In this document: piece by piece, positions 1 through 9,294 of the stretch | How positions within the stretch are numbered: position 1 is the first letter of the stretch | Layout of the letters: each line of letters opens with the position of its first letter | IMG/VR virus record: IMGVR_UViG_3300003324_000049 | Span: 1 to 58,303 of that record | Length of the DNA stretch: 58,303 nucleotides | Direction: 5' to 3' (one strand) | Source: a virus | Lineage: Duplodnaviria > Caudoviricetes | The notes under the pieces: generated by a model | What the model saw: only the letters and a program-made list of their open reading frames with translations | Databases searched by the model: none | Told to the model about the DNA's origin: nothing | Position numbers and translations under genes: made by a program

Positions 1-25
1 GGCTTCGATGAAGTTGAAGAACACA
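1..25. repeat. Terminal overlap (copy 1), circular assembly signature
   Basis: GGCTTCGATGAAGTTGAAGAACACA at 1-25 is identical to 58279-58303, and the reading frame runs across the join. Confidence 0.95.
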
Positions 26-1077
26 TCAGTCTGAAGCATCATCTCAATCGGCTTGTAGCCTGAGTAGTAATCCCGTCCCATACTCCGGTAGACCTCAAGA
101 CAGTGATGCGCAATCGCACCAAGCTCGAAATCAATCTGCGAGACTAGCGCCTGGTACCTACGAGGCGAGAGTCGTGCACCGGAAGGATGGACGTCGATCA
201 TTCGTCGAATAAGACCCGACTTAGCATCCGTGATTTTGACAGGCTTGTTAGTCGCCATAATCAGGAACGATCGAATCCGCATAGTGTGTTGCGGCTTATA
301 CTTCTCATTAATCGTCATAGCATCATGACCGACTACGGCGTTCAACTTAGTGTTGTCTTCCAGTCGTGACATGTCGCCATCGGGATCGATTGCTACAAGC
401 GGGTTTGATCGAAATGCTTCAGTGGCGAAGGCGCTATTCCCAGTCAACGCTTTAGCATCGAATGTAGAGTAGTAACCTTCAAAGAGCTTCATGATGATTT
501 CGAGAATCGTACCCTTACCAGCGCCGGGAGCTCCATAGAAGACCAAGAACTTCTGAATCTTCTTGGAGTCTCCCGACACAATGGCACCGATAGCCCAAAG
601 AATCTTTGCGGCTTCATCAGGTTCGTAAAGGGTGTGGATGATCTCATCAAAAGCGCTGTGATCTCCGGGAGCCAAAGGATATGGTAGACGACGGCTTACG
701 TAGTCGCCTTTCTTTACCTCTGTGTTGCTAAAGGTCAGGTTCTCGTCAAGTTCCTTTGCCGAATCAGACAAGTGTCCAATGTAGTTACGAAACTTCAGCC
801 AGCTACTGCTACTAAAGTCATTCATGTACTTAACAGATATGACTCCGTTATGACGCTTCCTGACTTCATCCCGCCGCTTCTCGAGCATAGCGTCCACAAG
901 ACGTGGAACGTCGTACTCGTCTGTCGACCACATTTCTGCTTCGTGATCGTACACAGCATAGAAGCTTTTGCCTCGAACCATAAGGTCCTTCGACCGCATG
1001 ACTTTAAAGTCCGGCCTAATCTCAATCTTGTCATCTTTGCCCGGGGCTTCAATGACGCGACAGAAATCCAAATCCAT
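1..1077 (-). CDS. N-terminal part (SF3/D5-like helicase) of the helicase-primase-DNA polymerase fusion; continues at 58278
   Basis: Manual translation from ATG 1077 (MDLDFCRVIE...) is open to base 1. It contains Walker A FYGAPGAGKGT and motif C-like IMATNK, is preceded by RBS GGAGGG, and ends ...DVFFNFIEA, matching the start of ORF 55531..58302. Confidence 0.9.
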   Translation of the reverse strand, partial: MDLDFCRVIEAPGKDDKIEIRPDFKVMRSKDLMVRGKSFYAVYDHEAEMWSTDEYDVPRLVDAMLEKRRDEVRKRHNGVISVKYMNDFSSSSWLKFRNYIGHLSDSAKELDENLTFSNTEVKKGDYVSRRLPYPLAPGDHSAFDEIIHTLYEPDEAAKILWAIGAIVSGDSKKIQKFLVFYGAPGAGKGTILEIIMKLFEGYYSTFDAKALTGNSAFATEAFRSNPLVAIDPDGDMSRLEDNTKLNAVVGHDAMTINEKYKPQHTMRIRSFLIMATNKPVKITDAKSGLIRRMIDVHPSGARLSPRRYQALVSQIDFELGAIAHHCLEVYRSMGRDYYSGYKPIEMMLQTDVFFNFIEA

Positions 1078-1101
1078 ATTTCCCTCCTCTCCCGGAGCTA
1101 G

Positions 1102-1662
1102 TTATGAGACATCCGAGAGATCAGTACTCTCGAGCAAATATGCCTGCAGTTGATACCAAAGATTGACTTGCGTCTGATCATGTCTTGCATGTTTTAGAGG
1201 GAATATCCCCCCAACTCCATTCTTGTCATATTCTCGGTCGAGCCACCTTCTAACAACAGCATCGACCTCCTCCTTGACAATTTGGGAGTAGACACTGTCG
1301 CTATAGCTCTGAAGTCCTAGGTTGCGAATGAACTTCCAGAACCAATTGCCGGGCTCTTCATCAACTTCAAAAGCAGCCCGGCAGGCAAGACCGATCATTA
1401 CCTCGAGTACTGAAGCCTCACGCCACTGCCAACTTATCTCCACGTCTTCAATATCGCATTCATCGAAGAACTGATCTTGAAGACTTTTACCATCCTCAGC
1501 ACGATTCTTGTCATCGCGCATAGGATATGTAAAGGGCATTGTGTATAGCTGTTTTGCGAGTTCCCAGTATGTGGTTCTTGGGTTCTTGTTAGATACAGAT
1601 CCTATGAACCTTTTGTAAAGCCACTCGAGATATAGGTCGTCTAACGTCCCTTCGTTATTCAC
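1102..1662 (-). CDS. Phage hypothetical protein (186 aa)
   Basis: Long ORF tightly packed between neighbours, RBS GAGGTGA. Confidence 0.8.
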   Translation of the reverse strand: MNNEGTLDDLYLEWLYKRFIGSVSNKNPRTTYWELAKQLYTMPFTYPMRDDKNRAEDGKSLQDQFFDECDIEDVEISWQWREASVLEVMIGLACRAAFEVDEEPGNWFWKFIRNLGLQSYSDSVYSQIVKEEVDAVVRRWLDREYDKNGVGGIFPLKHARHDQTQVNLWYQLQAYLLESTDLSDVS

Positions 1663-1668
1663 TCACCT

Positions 1669-2490
1669 CTACCTCATTTTCCTGAGTTTGTTCTTGGGAA
1701 GGTTGTTCATGTCCTCTTCTTCCGGGTCGAAACCGAGGACATTCTTCGAATATGATCCGAGATCGAGAGTTACCTCGAAGTCCGCCATAACACGTTCATT
1801 ACGAACGTGAAGAACTCGAGGGTCACCTGATGCCAAACCAAAGAACCGGAGGTTGTCTTCCCCAACGGTCCCTTCGAGATCGGGAATGTACTGTCGTCCT
1901 TCATCAGCAAGAGTGTTGTCTTGCTTGTAGTAGGTGATCGACAGCTTTTCAAAAGTGGGCTCGTCAATCCGGAACTCTTCTTCCGTAATGACATATGGGA
2001 AATCAGGATCGCGGTCCCATGTCGTTACATCGTTCGGATCATTACGATCGGGATTGACAACTCGGATATTGTGCACGTACTCGACGTCCTCTCTAAGGTC
2101 GTCCTCCACCTCATTAGGTGTTGGGAATGGTTCGTCCCCCGCTGACGTGTAAACTGGTGGTACATAATTCGGATCTCGTTTGAGTACTACGTCTTCCGCG
2201 TTGACGTAGCCGAGAGTTACTGCCTTTTCTGCAACGCTTTCCGGAGTAACCCCGTCGTGATCGTCTGCCTCAGGCTCTTTTTCAATGTCTTCCTCGGTGT
2301 CAGGATTCCAATCAGCCCTGGCTTGCGCGGCATCTTCGTCCCTAAGACGGCGGAACATAGTCTTGACACCTTCGATTTCGGCTTCCGTCTCACGCCGAAC
2401 TTTTCTTTCAGCAATGAAGTAGCCAACTCCTCCACCAATACAGAGCCCAGCTGCCAGAGCAATTCCGATTTTGACATTTTCATTTGCCAT
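1669..2490 (-). CDS. Membrane-anchored acidic hypothetical protein (273 aa)
   Basis: N-terminal hydrophobic helix IGIALAAGLCIGGGVGYFIA; RBS GAAAGG. Confidence 0.8.
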   Translation of the reverse strand: MANENVKIGIALAAGLCIGGGVGYFIAERKVRRETEAEIEGVKTMFRRLRDEDAAQARADWNPDTEEDIEKEPEADDHDGVTPESVAEKAVTLGYVNAEDVVLKRDPNYVPPVYTSAGDEPFPTPNEVEDDLREDVEYVHNIRVVNPDRNDPNDVTTWDRDPDFPYVITEEEFRIDEPTFEKLSITYYKQDNTLADEGRQYIPDLEGTVGEDNLRFFGLASGDPRVLHVRNERVMADFEVTLDLGSYSKNVLGFDPEEEDMNNLPKNKLRKMR

Positions 2491-2501
2491 ACCTTTCTCG
2501 C

Positions 2502-2642
2502 CTACTTGTTCTTACGGGGAGCGCGCTTGCTGTTCAGCTCTTTCTGCAGAGCGCGCAGACCTTCATGCTCACGGAACGCAGGGTTACGAACCGGGGCAGA
2601 CGGCTTCTTCTTTGCAACGGTAACTTCAGACGGCTTCGTCAT
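2502..2642 (-). CDS. Small basic protein (46 aa, MTKPSEV...RKNK)
   Basis: Manual translation; host-like codon use; fills the gap between genes. Confidence 0.55.
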   Translation of the reverse strand: MTKPSEVTVAKKKPSAPVRNPAFREHEGLRALQKELNSKRAPRKNK

Positions 2643-2739
2643 TTTTCTGAGACTCTTTCTTTACATCAAAATAAGGGGCGAATAAAACAACGAGTGGTGT
2701 GCCACACATATTTGCAGCACACCACTCGGAAATTGCAAG

Positions 2740-3714
2740 TTACAGTTTGTCGTGAATGACGCCGTCGACGTTGAAGTCGATCCAGCAAGAACGCTCGAAG
2801 CCGTTCACGAAGTCACGAACACCGGCCTTCTCGATCTCGTCAAGACCGAGATCAATGCAACCATCCTTGGAATCCTCATGATCGCGACGAAGCCAGCCGA
2901 CAATCTGACCTTCCGTTGTTGCCGGGAAACCAAGAGATTCGTAGACATCATTCAGGAACAGGTATCCCCGAGCATTGAGTCGATCATTCAACCAGTTCTG
3001 CTGGTGTGCAAGAGTCAGCTGGTTTTGACCCGGAACCTTTGACCAAAGGTCGTTGTGCTCATCGAAGACACGAGCGTACGGAGAACGACCGTTTTTCCAG
3101 TCGATGTCCAGAACCTTCTTGGTCCCAACCTGGTTCCCTTCTTCATCGAAGTCGGGAATCTCCTTCTCGACGATGCCGAAGCGGATCTGCTTTTCCTTCT
3201 CCTCACCGAACTCATCCGAAACTGCCCGACGGTAGTTCTCGAATGCCGTTTCAGTTGCCTTGAGGGCAGCTGCAATTGCAACCTGACGCTGGCTCATGAT
3301 GCCGTGGGCGCCGAGGAGTGCGCCGATTGAGAGAACACCCACAGACAGAGCCGGAGTGTAGAGCTTCAAGATATCGACGCCACGCTTGACATAGGCCTTC
3401 GTGAGAGCCTTGTTGAACTCGGTCTCTGAGTCGAACTCGTTCACGGAACGACGATCCTTGACATCAGCGATGTCCTGTTCGGCCTTCTCGACAACTGTCT
3501 CGAGCTTCAGAGTTGCCTTGCAGGCGAGGACTCCAGCGGTTACCACACCGGCTACACCGGCCACCATGAGGATCTCAGGGCTGAAACGCTTGACCTTGCC
3601 AACACCCTTGAAGAACAGGGAAGTTGCCGTGGTTGCGATCTTCTGCGCAGGCTCTGCTGCTGCGGCGACGGTTTCCGCTACGTCGTGTACCGTGTTTGCC
3701 ACTTCGTTACTCAT
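2740..3714 (-). CDS. DUF6353-like membrane-associated phage protein
   Basis: SPEILMVAGVAGVVTAGVLACKAT N-terminus and LND.Y..LG...GW...IDFNVDG C-terminus; paralog of 7361..8122. Confidence 0.7.
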   Translation of the reverse strand: MSNEVANTVHDVAETVAAAAEPAQKIATTATSLFFKGVGKVKRFSPEILMVAGVAGVVTAGVLACKATLKLETVVEKAEQDIADVKDRRSVNEFDSETEFNKALTKAYVKRGVDILKLYTPALSVGVLSIGALLGAHGIMSQRQVAIAAALKATETAFENYRRAVSDEFGEEKEKQIRFGIVEKEIPDFDEEGNQVGTKKVLDIDWKNGRSPYARVFDEHNDLWSKVPGQNQLTLAHQQNWLNDRLNARGYLFLNDVYESLGFPATTEGQIVGWLRRDHEDSKDGCIDLGLDEIEKAGVRDFVNGFERSCWIDFNVDGVIHDKL

Positions 3715-3732
3715 TTTCTGTTTTCTCCTGAA

Positions 3733-4023
3733 TTATTCTTTGACCATGCGGTCAAGAGCTCGTGCAAGTACGGGCATGTTCTTGCGTACTTCTTCTTGCA
3801 TTTTCTTGTGGTAACGAGGAAAATCACCAGGCTCCGACCATGCCATCAGGACAGCTGCCCCTGATGGAATATCGTCGTACTGGGTCAAATCCACATTTGC
3901 CTCAATAGTGGAATCGAGCTCCTTCTTCGTCCTACGTCGAAGGAGCACCTCCCCGAGTGCATAGAGAATCGCAATCAGAGCTACGATTCCCGCTAGCACT
4001 ACAAATTTGTCATCGATGATCAT
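3733..4023 (-). CDS. Small membrane protein
   Basis: N-terminal TM segment, RBS GGGAG. Confidence 0.7.
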   Translation of the reverse strand: MIIDDKFVVLAGIVALIAILYALGEVLLRRRTKKELDSTIEANVDLTQYDDIPSGAAVLMAWSEPGDFPRYHKKMQEEVRKNMPVLARALDRMVKE

Positions 4024-4137
4024 CGTATTTCTCCCCTGTTCAGCAATCGCATGTAGACTACATGGATCTGAGCATCCGACATTTTTGCGATTTTAAGCGA
4101 GCCAGGATATCGCTCCAATACCTTGGCTCGCTTCTGT

Positions 4138-4347
4138 TCAGGCGACACGACGCCAGTAGACGATTACGCCTCCTGCAGTTTGGTCATAGACCGTCCCAAA
4201 TTCAAACTCAGGATGATCCATGCACGCTTTGGAGAAAGCGTCTGATGCTGCTTGAAGTACGTCTGTATGCATCATCACAAGCACAGACTCTGGAATAAAC
4301 TTCTTTCCAGAGTCCTGCTTGAGATCTTCTTGTGAGACCAGTTCCAT
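4138..4347 (-). CDS. Hypothetical protein
   Basis: Start abuts the upstream stop codon. Confidence 0.6.
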   Translation of the reverse strand: MELVSQEDLKQDSGKKFIPESVLVMMHTDVLQAASDAFSKACMDHPEFEFGTVYDQTAGGVIVYWRRVA

Positions 4348-5046
4348 TTACTGCATCTCGATCGGAGCGGGGAGAAGCAGAATGAATCCTTCTCGAACCT
4401 TCTGAACACGAGCGCCGTTGAGCGATGCTGCATCCCAACCGAACTTCTGATCGGTGAAGCCGGTTCCAGTGATCTCGAGAGCATCGTAAAGATCTGCTAC
4501 AGGAACGACGCCGAAGTCCTCGACTGCACTCTTGAGTGTTTCCAGAACCTCTTCAGCACGATCTCGATCTTGGAATACAACATTGGAGAAGTCAAACTGC
4601 TGACGTTCACGATCGCTCAGAGTTGGACCAGGACCGCCAACAATCCGAGTCTGTGTGCTGACGCTGTTGTAGTTCGTCCCACGAATTCGAGTAGCACCAC
4701 CACTCACGATCGTCTGCGCAAGCGAAGAGGTCGAGGAGCGACGACGTCCACTTTCACCGTAGATCGAGCGCTGAGCACCTTCGTTGACGATATCGAAGAG
4801 GAGGTCTTTTGCATTTGGGACAATTACTTCAAGCAGGACTGCCGTTGCGACCATCTTGAAGTTTTGTCCGCCAAAGCTCTTACGAATCCTCGAACCGAGA
4901 GTCGGCTTTGTCGAGACGAGATTTACGCCCTCAAATTTCTTCAGACGAGGTCCTGCTTTGACAGCCGCTTCTTCAGCAGCGATTTGCTTGTCGAGCTTGC
5001 TGTTGCCCTGATAATTAATCTTGGGCCCGGGTACTGCAGATGACAT
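4348..5046 (-). CDS. Phage hypothetical protein (232 aa)
   Basis: Long ORF, RBS AAGGA. Confidence 0.8.
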   Translation of the reverse strand: MSSAVPGPKINYQGNSKLDKQIAAEEAAVKAGPRLKKFEGVNLVSTKPTLGSRIRKSFGGQNFKMVATAVLLEVIVPNAKDLLFDIVNEGAQRSIYGESGRRRSSTSSLAQTIVSGGATRIRGTNYNSVSTQTRIVGGPGPTLSDRERQQFDFSNVVFQDRDRAEEVLETLKSAVEDFGVVPVADLYDALEITGTGFTDQKFGWDAASLNGARVQKVREGFILLLPAPIEMQ

Positions 5047-5091
5047 TTGTAATCCTTAAATTAGGGGCGTACGTCGAGGCAACTCGATATA

Positions 5092-5430
5092 CTACTTGGA
5101 GTCTTTGTCGTTCTTCTTGGACTTGTCGACGAGCTCATTGAGCCACACATTCATTTTCTCGACATCGTCGAAGGTCTGGTCGATCTTCTTGTCAGCATAT
5201 TTGACAGCCTGTTCGGATGCCATGCCAGCGAGAGCAGCCGCGCCTGCCGGAATTGCGTACTTCTGAAATGTCTTCCAAACAGTGACTGCCGCCGGAATAT
5301 GGCGAATGGTGAAAGGAGCGACCTTGGGGACACTTGATTTTGCAGCATAACCGACGATTGTGCTAACACCGGAAGATACGAGCATGGTGCTAACCATTTT
5401 GGTTGTACTTACAAGCACGGGACTGATCAT
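5092..5430 (-). CDS. Hypothetical protein
   Basis: RBS AAAGGAG, 112 aa. Confidence 0.7.
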   Translation of the reverse strand: MISPVLVSTTKMVSTMLVSSGVSTIVGYAAKSSVPKVAPFTIRHIPAAVTVWKTFQKYAIPAGAAALAGMASEQAVKYADKKIDQTFDDVEKMNVWLNELVDKSKKNDKDSK

Positions 5431-5521
5431 CTTATTTCTCCTTTAAGAAGCGGGGCACAATCTTCTGTCATTTAAAATCGACCCAATGGGCATTCGGGTG
5501 ATCCCCCTGTATATTTTGGTG

Positions 5522-6145
5522 TTACTTCTGAGAAAGAGCTGCCATGAGCTCTTCACGAGTCATCGAGCCGTAGTCCGGCTTTGCGACTTCAGTTGTAGCT
5601 TCCTGTCCCGTAGGACCGGACTCAAGAACTGCGGGGGCAGCCTCGAGTACTACAGGCTGTTCTGCCGGAAGATCGGGCACCTTCTCGACAGTGGTCTTCG
5701 GCTTTTCCTGCTTCTGACGGAAGCCCTGCATCTGCTCCATCGACCGAATGCGAGGATCGTTCTGCTTCTTCGCTTCCTCAGCGAGTTCTGCCGGAACGAT
5801 GGCGTTGACGAATTCGGCTGCCTTACCTGCGTCAGTCACGAGTTCCACGTACAGAACGTCGTATGCCGCAGTGTGAGAGAAGTCTTCAGCAAGCTTCTCG
5901 GACTTGACGAAGCGCTTGCCGTCTTCCGACTTTTCACCGTAGGCCTTGAAGATGATGGACTTGAAGGTGTCCATGATCAGCTTGCCATTCTGCGAATCGA
6001 CTACCTTCTCGAGGTAGGAGACGAAGCTGTTTCCTTCGGCGGTCAGCTCGAGCTCGATGATCTCTGCCTTCGTGAGGTTAAAGTAGAAGTCCTCGGTGTG
6101 CTCGACATCATTGAAGTCGGTGTAGGTGATTGCTTTCTTCAGCAT
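5522..6145 (-). CDS. Phage hypothetical protein (207 aa), possibly chaperone-like
   Basis: Strong GC3 codon bias; MLKKAITYTDF...FYFNLTKAE type N-terminus. Confidence 0.75.
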   Translation of the reverse strand: MLKKAITYTDFNDVEHTEDFYFNLTKAEIIELELTAEGNSFVSYLEKVVDSQNGKLIMDTFKSIIFKAYGEKSEDGKRFVKSEKLAEDFSHTAAYDVLYVELVTDAGKAAEFVNAIVPAELAEEAKKQNDPRIRSMEQMQGFRQKQEKPKTTVEKVPDLPAEQPVVLEAAPAVLESGPTGQEATTEVAKPDYGSMTREELMAALSQK

Positions 6146-6257
6146 TTAGTTGTTTTCTTCCGTTTCGAAAATGGCTTGGATTTTGGTACCGCATTCGACA
6201 AAGTCGTCGGTTTCGGGATCGAGGGCTACACCAATGCAGATATTGGTCTTGCCGTTC

Positions 6258-6581
6258 TTACACTCGGGGCAGAGAGGCATTGTACGCCAGCAGCCCTTCA
6301 TAAGAGGAGTCGGAGAATCCTCGGTTGACATCCTTGATGTACTGGTCGACGTACGTCTCCTGCTTAACGCCGTTGTACGTCACCTCCCAGTAAAAACCAT
6401 TGACGATGTCTGTACTAACCATTGCCTTCCAATTACCGAGAACCTTGACGAACCAGACGATATAGAAGTCTTCCGGAATGGTCTGCATATCCGAAGTTTC
6501 AAACCTCTGGTTAAAGGTTTCGGCTACAAGGGCCTTAGCCTTCTTGATGTACTGGTCGTGATCTACTGCTTCTTCAGGCAT
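6258..6581 (-). CDS. DUF6275-like phage protein
   Basis: YIVWFVKVLGNWKAMVST...YWEVTYNG.K.ETYVD motif. Confidence 0.65.
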   Translation of the reverse strand: MPEEAVDHDQYIKKAKALVAETFNQRFETSDMQTIPEDFYIVWFVKVLGNWKAMVSTDIVNGFYWEVTYNGVKQETYVDQYIKDVNRGFSDSSYEGLLAYNASLPRV

Positions 6582-6601
6582 TTTTTCCTCTCAAAAAAAG
6601 A

Positions 6602-6639
6602 CTAGGAGTGTATGTAAATTTCTCTACATACACTCCTAG
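6602..6639 (-). terminator. Intrinsic terminator with a 15-bp perfect stem
   Basis: CTAGGAGTGTATGTA / TACATACACTCCTAG, followed on the minus strand by a T-tract. Confidence 0.85.
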
Positions 6640-6645
6640 GGGACA

Positions 6646-6837
6646 TCAGTCGGTTTCGGGATTGGTTTCGGTGATCGAGCCGTTTTCCTCGACGACTTCG
6701 CCAACGACGATCTCTTCTTCAGGCTTCACGAGGAGGGCGCCAGCGACAAGGCCGAGGGCGATTCCTCCCACGAGCAGAGCCTTCCGAGCAATGATCTGCT
6801 TGTTGGTCGATACGAGGGTGGTGATCTTCTTGATCAT
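6646..6837 (-). CDS. Small membrane protein in an isolated promoter-terminator cassette
   Basis: One TM helix; upstream motif TCGCAAATTTAACGTGTCCTATAATG at 6869-6894. Confidence 0.75.
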   Translation of the reverse strand: MIKKITTLVSTNKQIIARKALLVGGIALGLVAGALLVKPEEEIVVGEVVEENGSITETNPETD

Positions 6838-6895
6838 GATTTTATCCTTTCAAGATAGACAGGGTGTCCATTATAGGACACGTTAAATTTGCGAC

Positions 6896-7354
6896 TTAGT
6901 CACGAAGGTGTTCGTAACCGTTCGGGACATGCGAGTGGATATTTGCCGCAATGGATGCTGTAGTGGGCGGGGCAGTCAACCTCTCTCGAATTTCAGCAAG
7001 TTGAGGATCTTCAGAACCTTCCGACTGATCACACTTGTCGAAGAGTTCCCGACCCTCCTCCTCAACAATTGCACGAAGAAGTAGAAGGTAGTTGATGTGA
7101 TCCGTGATCTTCTCATTCCAAGTATCAAACGAGGCAAGATTTTCCGCATCACACAGGTCATATACCGATACTGTGTGCTTGAGCATCATTCCTGAAAGAG
7201 CCTGACGAGGAGTCTGACCACGAAGCCCGGCAGCTTTCTTGAAGCTTTCGAGCTTATCGCCTTCCGGATTGTAGTGCTCATTCTTGTCACGAAGCATGTC
7301 GAGCGAACGCTGAACCTGCTCCGTAACTACTGAGGTGAACTGCTTTGAATCCAT
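6896..7354 (-). CDS. DUF1599-like (nucleotide-modification-associated) protein
   Basis: KN.HY...F......M.KH...W.EKITDHINYLLLL pattern. Confidence 0.6.
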   Translation of the reverse strand: MDSKQFTSVVTEQVQRSLDMLRDKNEHYNPEGDKLESFKKAAGLRGQTPRQALSGMMLKHTVSVYDLCDAENLASFDTWNEKITDHINYLLLLRAIVEEEGRELFDKCDQSEGSEDPQLAEIRERLTAPPTTASIAANIHSHVPNGYEHLRD

Positions 7355-7360
7355 ATTTCC

Positions 7361-8122
7361 TTATCCGAATCGGTTGTAATCGCGAATTGGGTTCTTCCAG
7401 TAGTCGATAACGACACAAGGTCGTCCATCTGCTGTGAGGACTGCTGAGTACCGAACTTCCAACTTGTTGTCGTGAGTCCATCCAACTTCATCCCCAACAA
7501 CACTCCCAGGAACAGACAAACGATTAAAGAAATCGTTAAGAGAAGCGTAGTCTTGTCCATAAATCTGTTCGTTGATGTCGTTGACTGCACTTCGGACCGA
7601 TTCATAATCGGACTCAAAGTAAGTCTTGGTGTAGTTGTCGAGAAAGAGCGAGCGGCCACCACCAGTCACAATGACTGAACTTTCGGATACCGGGTTCCTA
7701 CGCACGACATCCTGCATGACTTCGTCGTGGATCTTCGTCTCTTTCTTTTCGCCAAGTTGCTCAACAACCTTTTCACGATATTCCTTGAAGGCATATTCGC
7801 TGAGGCCTACGGCACTGGCAAGTGCAGCACTACGCTTAGTGCTCACAGTGTTCGCTCCAATAATGCAAGCGATGGTGGAGGCTCCAGTAACAGCCGCCGG
7901 GATATAGTGCTTGTATGTGAGCCGAACCTTTTCGACGAGAGTTATTTCGTCAGTCTGTTCGGACTGCGCATGGAGGATATCTTGGTGTGCCTTAGGCGCA
8001 GCCTTTCCTACGAGCACCGCAGTCGTGACTACACCAACAACAGCCACAGCCGTGAGGATAGCCGGAGAGTTGTCAGAGACAAGTTTCCGTGCCACCCCAG
8101 CATAGCGAGTGAGTCGTATCAT
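7361..8122 (-). CDS. DUF6353-like membrane-associated phage protein
   Basis: NSPAILTAVAVVGVVTTAVL; ASLNDF...VGW; paralog of 2740..3714. Confidence 0.7.
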   Translation of the reverse strand: MIRLTRYAGVARKLVSDNSPAILTAVAVVGVVTTAVLVGKAAPKAHQDILHAQSEQTDEITLVEKVRLTYKHYIPAAVTGASTIACIIGANTVSTKRSAALASAVGLSEYAFKEYREKVVEQLGEKKETKIHDEVMQDVVRRNPVSESSVIVTGGGRSLFLDNYTKTYFESDYESVRSAVNDINEQIYGQDYASLNDFFNRLSVPGSVVGDEVGWTHDNKLEVRYSAVLTADGRPCVVIDYWKNPIRDYNRFG

Positions 8123-8149
8123 CAGTTTGGTTTAACCTTTCAAGAGTCA

Positions 8150-8233
8150 AAAAAATAATGAGAAGATGTAGTCTCTCTCTACTCGGACCCAGAACATTCC
8201 CTAGTAGCGGGCGATGATGGGGGTCTTCTTCTC
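8150..8233 (-). ncRNA. Putative small structured RNA cassette 1
   Basis: Promoter motif at 8234-8258, no ORF; GAGAAGA/TCTTCTC closing stem, internal GACCC/GGGTC and GTAG/CTAC stems, T-tract. Confidence 0.6.
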
Positions 8234-8267
8234 ATTATAATCTTTGTTATTTTTGCGATAGGCAAAA

Positions 8268-8331
8268 CAAAAAATGAGAGTGATTGTATTGCTACAATCT
8301 CTTCGATACTATTGCTAGTATGTACTCTCTC
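8268..8331 (-). ncRNA. Putative small structured RNA cassette 2 (two GCAA tetraloops)
   Basis: Promoter motif at 8332-8356; GAGAGT/ACTCTC closing stem; TACTA-GCAA-TAGTA and GATTGTA-GCAA-TACAATC hairpins; T-tract. Confidence 0.7.
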
Positions 8332-8380
8332 ATTATAAGCCATGTTATTTCTGCGATTGGCCAGAAAAGTGGGCAGATGC

Positions 8381-8579
8381 AAAAAATATAAGGCTTGCAT
8401 CTCAAAGTGCTTGTCCCATAATTGGTTACGCAGAATGCAATGAATCACTTTTGCTATCGGTGATACCTTAAATAGAGAAGAGCCGTGACGCGAATGTCAC
8501 TCTAACTAGGTGGACCTGACAGGGAGCTGAAATCACGTCAACGGGGACGTCGGAGATCAGACCGTCAGGGGTTCTTCTC
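8381..8579 (-). ncRNA. Putative structured RNA cassette 3 (two domains)
   Basis: Promoter motif at 8580-8604, no RBS; domain 1 has GAGAAGAACC/GGCTCTTCTC, CCTGAC/GTCAGG, ACGTC/GACGT and GTGAC/GTCAC stems; domain 2 has AAGG/CCTT, ATCAC/GTGAT and TTGCAT/ATGCAA; T-tract. Confidence 0.6.
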
Positions 8580-8650
8580 ATTATAAGCTATGTTGTTTTT
8601 GCGACAGGCAAAAAATAAGAGACCGTGTTAGGGTCTCCTATTTTGAGGAT

Positions 8651-8872
8651 TTAGTTCTTTACGAGTTTGTTACGGATCAAGCTAAAGATGGTCTGCGGTT
8701 CATCGAATTCTTCAATGAGCGACGGGTACTTCTCGATCAAGCGTTCCATCCACTTCTCACCATTCAGCGCGAGTACGGCTGAGAGCGAGAGGGACAGAAC
8801 AGCTCCAATCAGGAAGGAGTTCGCTTCAATGAACTGGCCGATGATGGACAGAACAGCAAAGATGGTTTCCAT
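8651..8872 (-). CDS. Cassette small membrane protein
   Basis: RBS GAAAGGA, hydrophobic N-terminal half. Confidence 0.75.
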   Translation of the reverse strand: METIFAVLSIIGQFIEANSFLIGAVLSLSLSAVLALNGEKWMERLIEKYPSLIEEFDEPQTIFSLIRNKLVKN

Positions 8873-8967
8873 AATAGGTTCCTTTCAGAGGGGGTTCATT
8901 CTCATAATAACCTATGTAGAACCTGCGAACAAAAAATGAGAAGCCGTGTTAGGGCTTCCCATTTGGG

Positions 8968-9204
8968 TTAGTCTTCCAGTTCTTTCTTGGAGCGGTTTTC
9001 AATTCCAGTCATAGCGGCGAACTTCGCTGTGTCGAGAGCGGCGGAGGCGGCGAGGACGGTGAGGGCTCCAACGGCAACGTACTTGACGACAGTCTTCGAG
9101 ATTTCGAGGATGTCTTCTTTGGTTATCGAGGGAGTCACATCGACCATGCCGTCTTCCGTGCGGTCCTTCTTCAGGCGGATTTCGAGCTTGTGGTTCTTGA
9201 ACAT
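8968..9204 (-). CDS. Cassette small membrane protein (MFKNHKL...)
   Basis: Start reassigned to the ATG after GAAAGGA; one TM segment. Confidence 0.75.
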   Translation of the reverse strand: MFKNHKLEIRLKKDRTEDGMVDVTPSITKEDILEISKTVVKYVAVGALTVLAASAALDTAKFAAMTGIENRSKKELED

Positions 9205-9294
9205 GATGTTCCTTTCATAGTGGGTTAACTTCTCATTAAAGGCCATGTAGAACCTGCGAAAAATGAAAGGCCGTGTTAGGGCCTCCCATTTTGA

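Noticed and set aside
1-25. Biological direct terminal repeat
   Set aside because: The 25-nt overlap falls in the middle of an essential gene, which is typical of an assembler circularisation overlap
8268-8579. tRNA or hammerhead ribozyme identity for the small RNAs
   Set aside because: No T-loop GTTC, anticodon cloverleaf or CCA end, and no CUGANGA/GAAA hammerhead core
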